Source of the DNA: a candidate division CPR3 bacterium GWF2_35_18 | GTDB taxonomy: Bacteria > Patescibacteriota > CPR3 > GWF2-35-18 | Assembly: GCA_001771135.1 (NCBI GenBank) | Contig: MESW01000009.1 | Span: 23,436-87,435, forward strand | Direction: 5' to 3' | Length of the DNA stretch: 64,000 bases | Shown: piece after piece, positions 59,813 through 64,000 of the stretch | How the letters are laid out: every line of letters begins with the position of its first letter | How positions within the stretch are numbered: the stretch's first letter is position 1 | The notes under the pieces: model-generated | What the model was told of the DNA's origin: nothing | Database searches by the model: none | Seen by the model: the letters and a program-made list of their open reading frames with translations, nothing else | Program-made: the position numbers and the translations under genes

Positions 59813-60187
59813 TTAACTTTTCACAAACTCTTTTTTCCCACGGATAAGCAGTACCACAATTGCCACATCAATAAGTAGTGCAAGAAGGTCAGTTAACCCA
59901 AATTGATCGGCAAATGCCAAAATAATATTTACGAACATGTAAACGATCGTTCCGTAGTAAATGAGCTGAATCTTCTTTTTAAGAAGGAACGCCAAAACAA
60001 TCATAATAATTCCATTTACAAACATCATTACGGAAATGATGGCAATGAGAAATGTCTGATCTGCATATCTCTCATAAAGAGTAAAAAAGTAGATGACGCT
60101 CAAAATAATCCAGGTAGCAGATTTGATATATAACAAAATCTGCACTACGCTCATAAAGCTCTTTGTAATAATCATTTTCTTAGCCAT
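59813..60187 (-). CDS. 4-TM membrane protein
   Basis: Four hydrophobic segments; ATG 60187 overlaps the upstream gene end. Confidence 0.72.
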   Translation of the reverse strand: MAKKMIITKSFMSVVQILLYIKSATWIILSVIYFFTLYERYADQTFLIAIISVMMFVNGIIMIVLAFLLKKKIQLIYYGTIVYMFVNIILAFADQFGLTDLLALLIDVAIVVLLIRGKKEFVKS

Positions 60188-60524
60188 GAGTTTTACCTTT
60201 TTCTTTAATCTTCTCACCTAGTTCATACCAACGCTGCGTCGTGTTTTCTAAATCACGATAGTGAAAGATGTATGGTACAGTCAAACCCATAAAAAGAATG
60301 TCTAGAGGTAGTAACCAAATCTCATCAAGAAGCAGGGTAAAATAGATTGAAAGCAATCCAAACAAACCTACAAAAAGCATCACCAGAAGGTGAACAAGCC
60401 GTTCATGCTGCAGATAAGCAATGAATTTCCGATGGTCTTTTTCCAGATGCTCAAAATCCACCTTTTCCTTTCCGGCTAACGAATCATTTATCTTTTTTTC
60501 CCAATTAATAAATATTTTCAGCAT
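60180..60524 (-). CDS. Small membrane protein
   Basis: QHERLVHL..., YIFHY..LENTTQRWY around two TMs. Confidence 0.78.
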   Translation of the reverse strand: MLKIFINWEKKINDSLAGKEKVDFEHLEKDHRKFIAYLQHERLVHLLVMLFVGLFGLLSIYFTLLLDEIWLLPLDILFMGLTVPYIFHYRDLENTTQRWYELGEKIKEKGKTHG

Positions 60525-60542
60525 TATAAAAAGTCCTTTCCT

Positions 60543-60884
60543 CTACCATTTTTTGGTCCAAATTGAATTTGGATATTTGGCCTTTACATAAAATGCGATA
60601 CAAATTAATAAATAAAATACGATGCTGTAAATAAGCATTACGAGCATCAATCCAAAAAAAGTTGGCGTTTGCTGCCTCCCGATTAGTCCCATAGTCCACT
60701 GCAGTAATCCAAGTTGTCCCAGCAAAGGATAGAAAGGTACGCACAAAGAAAGGCTAAAAAGCATCATATAAATACCTAAGTATGGAAGTGGATAACAAAT
60801 ATAGTTCAAAACCGGGAGAAAGAAAAAGACAGCCGGAAAAGCCAGCTTCTGATAAGTAGGTTGGAAAAAAGATATTTTGTTCAT
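60543..60884 (-). CDS. Small membrane protein
   Basis: Hydrophobic 113-aa ORF within a tight minus-strand run. Confidence 0.65.
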   Translation of the reverse strand: MNKISFFQPTYQKLAFPAVFFFLPVLNYICYPLPYLGIYMMLFSLSLCVPFYPLLGQLGLLQWTMGLIGRQQTPTFFGLMLVMLIYSIVFYLLICIAFYVKAKYPNSIWTKKW

Positions 60885-60887
60885 ATA

Positions 60888-61862
60888 TTATTTCCCTTCC
60901 AAAAATTTAAAGCTATCAATTATTTCATTGTCCAAGCTTTCGTATGGATAGCTTGAAAAGAAATTGGCTGATTGCCCAACACCCCAAGAGATGACTTTGT
61001 TTGCCGACGGATAATATTTCAACACATAGATATAGTTCAATTCACAATCGACCACAATCTGTTCGTCAAGTGAATCCGCTTCACCACTACTGACCGTCAC
61101 ATCAAAAACCCCACTCTGTTCCGTCTCGGTTTTTGCTCCCAAGCTACAACCAGATCCATATTGCTCCTTGATAAAAGCAGTCAGTTCCGTATCATTGGCA
61201 ACCTCCGCTCCTACAATTTCCCAAGCATCTATAGCAGAATCTGTACTCTTCAACTCTGCGAGAGAATTTGTCACCTTGTCACACTGCGAAAAATAGGTAT
61301 GACTATCTTCCGTAGTCTTTCCTCCTAATTCGTAAAAATACTCGATTGAAAGATATACCGTATTATTTGTGAGATCTTCAAAAATCTTCAACGGCACAAT
61401 TCCCTCTTTTGGACGATAAGAATGATCTCCATCACTTTCACTCCAGACACAAGAACCAGATGATGTTTCTGAAACTAACGGAATTTTTAGTGAAAAACCC
61501 AAAGTCTCATTGGTATAAGTTTTCCAAGTATCACCTGCTTCAGACTCAGTGTCCTGATTCAGATCTTCGGCCGAACCGGTACTCTCCTCTATGTCTTCCG
61601 CTGACTTTGTACTTTCATCCTGAACCTCTGCCGATATCGAAGTTTCACTTTGATCATTACCCGCTTTGTACTGTAAATCAAAGGTCTTAATTATTTTATT
61701 TGAGAGAAAAATCAGGATGATGAAAATTACAAACAAAACAAAGACCACTATCAAACAACCCACAATACAACCTTTTTGGGCGAATCTTTTTTTACTCTTT
61801 GAAGTCTCAACTTTCTGTTCCTCATTTTGAGTAGGAACAGTTTCCGTTATTTGGGTATCCAT
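60888..61862 (-). CDS. Single-pass surface protein
   Basis: GCIVGC + TM, acidic linker, WKTYTNETLGFSLKIP start and IIDSFKF end; GGGAGG upstream of ATG 61862. Confidence 0.78.
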   Translation of the reverse strand: MDTQITETVPTQNEEQKVETSKSKKRFAQKGCIVGCLIVVFVLFVIFIILIFLSNKIIKTFDLQYKAGNDQSETSISAEVQDESTKSAEDIEESTGSAEDLNQDTESEAGDTWKTYTNETLGFSLKIPLVSETSSGSCVWSESDGDHSYRPKEGIVPLKIFEDLTNNTVYLSIEYFYELGGKTTEDSHTYFSQCDKVTNSLAELKSTDSAIDAWEIVGAEVANDTELTAFIKEQYGSGCSLGAKTETEQSGVFDVTVSSGEADSLDEQIVVDCELNYIYVLKYYPSANKVISWGVGQSANFFSSYPYESLDNEIIDSFKFLEGK

Positions 61863-61971
61863 AAATAAACCTCCCACGTTTTCTGCGATAAAATAATTAA
61901 GATGTTTTTTTAAAGCTCTAAGATATATCCTCGTTGTTTTAACTCTTTACGGATGTTTTATCAGTATTAAA

Positions 61972-62448
61972 CTATTTTTCATTAGCTACTTTTGCGTAAA
62001 TATTTTCTACTTTGGCTTTCAATTTTGAAGTCTCACAGGAGTAACAGATTCCGTCATGACAGGAAATAATTCCGCCGCATTTTTGACACTTCCAACGTTT
62101 TTCCTGTGATTCTAAAAATTTATCCATCCCCTTTTCTTTAATGAAATTCTGATTTTCTCTCATACTCATCTGATATTTTTTGCGATAACTCGTGTCAAGT
62201 CGTATTAGATTTTCACAGGGAAAAGTAGCACATTGATAACAATAATCAATTTTTGAACCTACTCCGTGCGGACAACGTTTTTTGATGAAAGCGCAGTTTT
62301 TGTGGCGAACATTACACGAAGTACAATAGGTAATATTAACCCCTTTATTTTTGACATCATTCTTATAAGCAAGATAATTGCTACAAATCCCACAGTTCAT
62401 CCCACATGGGGCTATAAGACCAGGTGAAAAATGTTTTTCGGCTCTCAT
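61972..62448 (-). CDS. DUF3795-like Cys-rich (Fe-S/Zn) protein
   Basis: IAPCGMNCGIC, CTSC, C.FIKK.C, CYQC..FPC, CQKCGG..SCH.G.CYSC. Confidence 0.82.
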   Translation of the reverse strand: MRAEKHFSPGLIAPCGMNCGICSNYLAYKNDVKNKGVNITYCTSCNVRHKNCAFIKKRCPHGVGSKIDYCYQCATFPCENLIRLDTSYRKKYQMSMRENQNFIKEKGMDKFLESQEKRWKCQKCGGIISCHDGICYSCETSKLKAKVENIYAKVANEK

Positions 62449-62619
62449 ATACTTTAAGCATAATCCTTTTATTTTAGTTTATCAACACTTCAAGATTTCC
62501 CTTCTCACTCATAAAAACTTGTATATTTCAAAAAATTCTGCGAAGATTAATTTATACCTAGCGATAATTTTTAAATTTAAGATGTTGGGTAAATAGTATA
62601 AACACTAAGGAGGCCAATT

Positions 62620-63282
62620 ATGGCAGAATCAGAAGTTAACTCTCAACCGACAACAGCACCTACAGCTCCAGCTACTCCAGCAGCAGCGCCAACGACCACG
62701 ACAACGACTACGACAACGACATCTCCTAGCAAAAAAGGGATGTCCACCGGAGCAAAAGTTGCTATCGGTCTTTGTGGTGGATGTTTGGGTCTAATTATTA
62801 TCCTGGGAATTGTTTCGGCCGTAGCCGGTACGGCACTTCTAAAGAGCATGCCTAGCTTTATTCAAAATGCTTTTGAAGAAGAAGGTCTTACCTTTGATGA
62901 AAATAATGGAGAATTTACAATCACTGATGATGAAACAGATTCTAGCCTTACAGCGGGAGAATCGATAGATCTTCCCAACAATTTTCCTAGTGATATTCCG
63001 GTATATGAACCAGCTGATGCTACCTTCAAAATGACCGAAGGGAAAAATGGAACAGTCATGTTCACCACCTCAAAAGACGTTGCCACAGTAAAATCTTATT
63101 ATATGTCGGAGATGAAGAAAAAAGGTTGGACCGAAGATAGTAATATGGAATTCAATGAAGCAGTAATCTTAACCTATACCAAGGGAGACTGGACCTCCAG
63201 TATCACCGTCGCTGAAGATTCCGATGATACTACAAAAAATTCAATCACAGTTACCTATTCATACACCGATTCAACTGAATAG
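62620..63282 (+). CDS. Single-pass surface protein with Pro/Thr-rich N-terminus
   Basis: AGGAGG upstream; CGGC + TM; LPNNFPSDIPVY...YY...KKGW. Confidence 0.8.
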   Translation: MAESEVNSQPTTAPTAPATPAAAPTTTTTTTTTTSPSKKGMSTGAKVAIGLCGGCLGLIIILGIVSAVAGTALLKSMPSFIQNAFEEEGLTFDENNGEFTITDDETDSSLTAGESIDLPNNFPSDIPVYEPADATFKMTEGKNGTVMFTTSKDVATVKSYYMSEMKKKGWTEDSNMEFNEAVILTYTKGDWTSSITVAEDSDDTTKNSITVTYSYTDSTE

Positions 63283-63299
63283 TTTATAGAAAGAATTAA

Positions 63300-63337
63300 A
63301 AGAGGGGGAGGCGAGCGAAAGCTGGCCTCCCCCTCTT
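63300..63337 (+). terminator. GC-rich hairpin after the 62620-63282 gene
   Basis: aagagggggaggc / gcctccccctctt 13-bp stem. Confidence 0.7.
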
Positions 63338-63459
63338 ACGTTAAAAAATTTTAAACCGAAATGTCTCGCTTGTGAAATTGGTAATATCTAAATAGTGAAA
63401 AAGCCAAAGATTTCGTAAAGAGGGAGAAGTCGTATTTACTACTTCTCTCTCTTTCTTTT

Positions 63460-63999
63460 TTATAGATCCGGATCCACAAAAAGAGACATATATGGTAATC
63501 TCACCACATTTTCCACTTCTAGATAATCAATAATTGCCGTCCGTGCATCATCATACGCCGCCTGTGACATCTGCGATGGAATCCCTCCGGTAAAAAAATA
63601 CTCGGCAAGAAACACGATCGCTTTCCCGGGTGACTGGGCTACTTTGTAAGCAAAATCTTCCCCAAAAACAAGTCCATAAAGTTCGGCTTCCACTGACCAG
63701 GTAATCTGAAAAACAAGGGTATGCGGAGAGAAAACCGCGGCAATGGAAATACCGGTATCCAAAGTATCGGAAACAATTTTCTCGGTATAAGCGGTTTTCA
63801 GAATTGGATCATTGGTATTGGCCAATTTGTACGAATCATAAGCAACTTCCACAACTCCGATGGCGACCGCAATTCCAACTCCAGCTTTTTTAGAAGTTAA
63901 CTTTGCCAACTTCCCCGCTTTACCCGCGTAACCCACGGTATTTTCTGAAATCTTTACGAGATTCGCAGTTGTTTGCGTACCAGCAATAACAGTCTTGGC
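63460..63999 (-). CDS. C-terminal part of a hypothetical protein running off the right edge
   Basis: Frame is open from 63999 to the stop at 63460-63462. Confidence 0.7.
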   Translation of the reverse strand, partial: AKTVIAGTQTTANLVKISENTVGYAGKAGKLAKLTSKKAGVGIAVAIGVVEVAYDSYKLANTNDPILKTAYTEKIVSDTLDTGISIAAVFSPHTLVFQITWSVEAELYGLVFGEDFAYKVAQSPGKAIVFLAEYFFTGGIPSQMSQAAYDDARTAIIDYLEVENVVRLPYMSLFVDPDL

Positions 64000-64000
64000 T

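Noticed and set aside
62688-62722. ACGACA-like tandem repeat
   Set aside because: It encodes the poly-Thr linker with mixed codons; not a phase-variable tract.
912-63086. Many short antisense or alternate-frame ORFs in the track (e.g. 912-1268, 3189-3452, 33549-33959, 44856-45293, 62643-62849)
   Set aside because: They lie within well-supported genes and show no recognisable motifs; shadow ORFs.
63417-63459. Purine/pyrimidine hairpin at the end of the last gene
   Set aside because: Probably an ordinary terminator between convergent genes.
1-64000. CRISPR array, tRNA/rRNA, integrase, transposase, DGR or retron
   Set aside because: No regularly spaced direct repeats, cloverleafs or rRNA-sized gaps seen, and no RT, Cas or recombinase motifs among the ORFs.
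1-64000. Alternative genetic code (UGA recoded)
   Set aside because: Long ORFs are intact under the standard code and several genes end at TGA with ATGA coupling to the next gene.

Overview
AT-rich, gene-dense bacterial chromosome segment in the standard bacterial genetic code (genes end in TAA/TAG/TGA). Gene content suggests Patescibacteria/CPR, possibly Microgenomates-like (inference): CPR-style pilin, a GNVGIGTT fibre protein, stand-alone phosphohistidine-swivel protein, TrmB/EamA clusters, many NUDIX/HD enzymes and few biosynthetic genes. Housekeeping genes: rimO, cyclophilin, rlmB, tag, Mn-type sod, truB-like, hpf/raiA, a SurA/PrsA-like chaperone and an ECF sigma with a putative anti-sigma. 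There are two giant surface proteins (1701 aa fibre; 3040 aa LamG/FN3 protein followed by a MacB/LolD-type ABC pair) and two ABC-2 exporters. No rRNA, tRNA, CRISPR array, integrase, transposase or reverse transcriptase was seen. Most notable: (i) a trmB leader where the AGGAGG sits about 140 nt from the start codon, separated by a ~132-nt hairpin whose folding restores 7-nt spacing; (ii) an 8-kb two-TrmB/three-EamA enzyme island with paired palindromic operators and an Ldh_2 enzyme lacking its usual histidines; (iii) a coupled aminotransferase-NUDIX-NUDIX-SurE-HD operon; (iv) cytochrome b5 plus a 74-aa bis-His membrane protein; (v) a stand-alone FIST sensor with a small partner; (vi) several REP/MITE-like palindromes and apparently leaderless genes. 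All product calls come from motif recognition by eye; no database searches were run.
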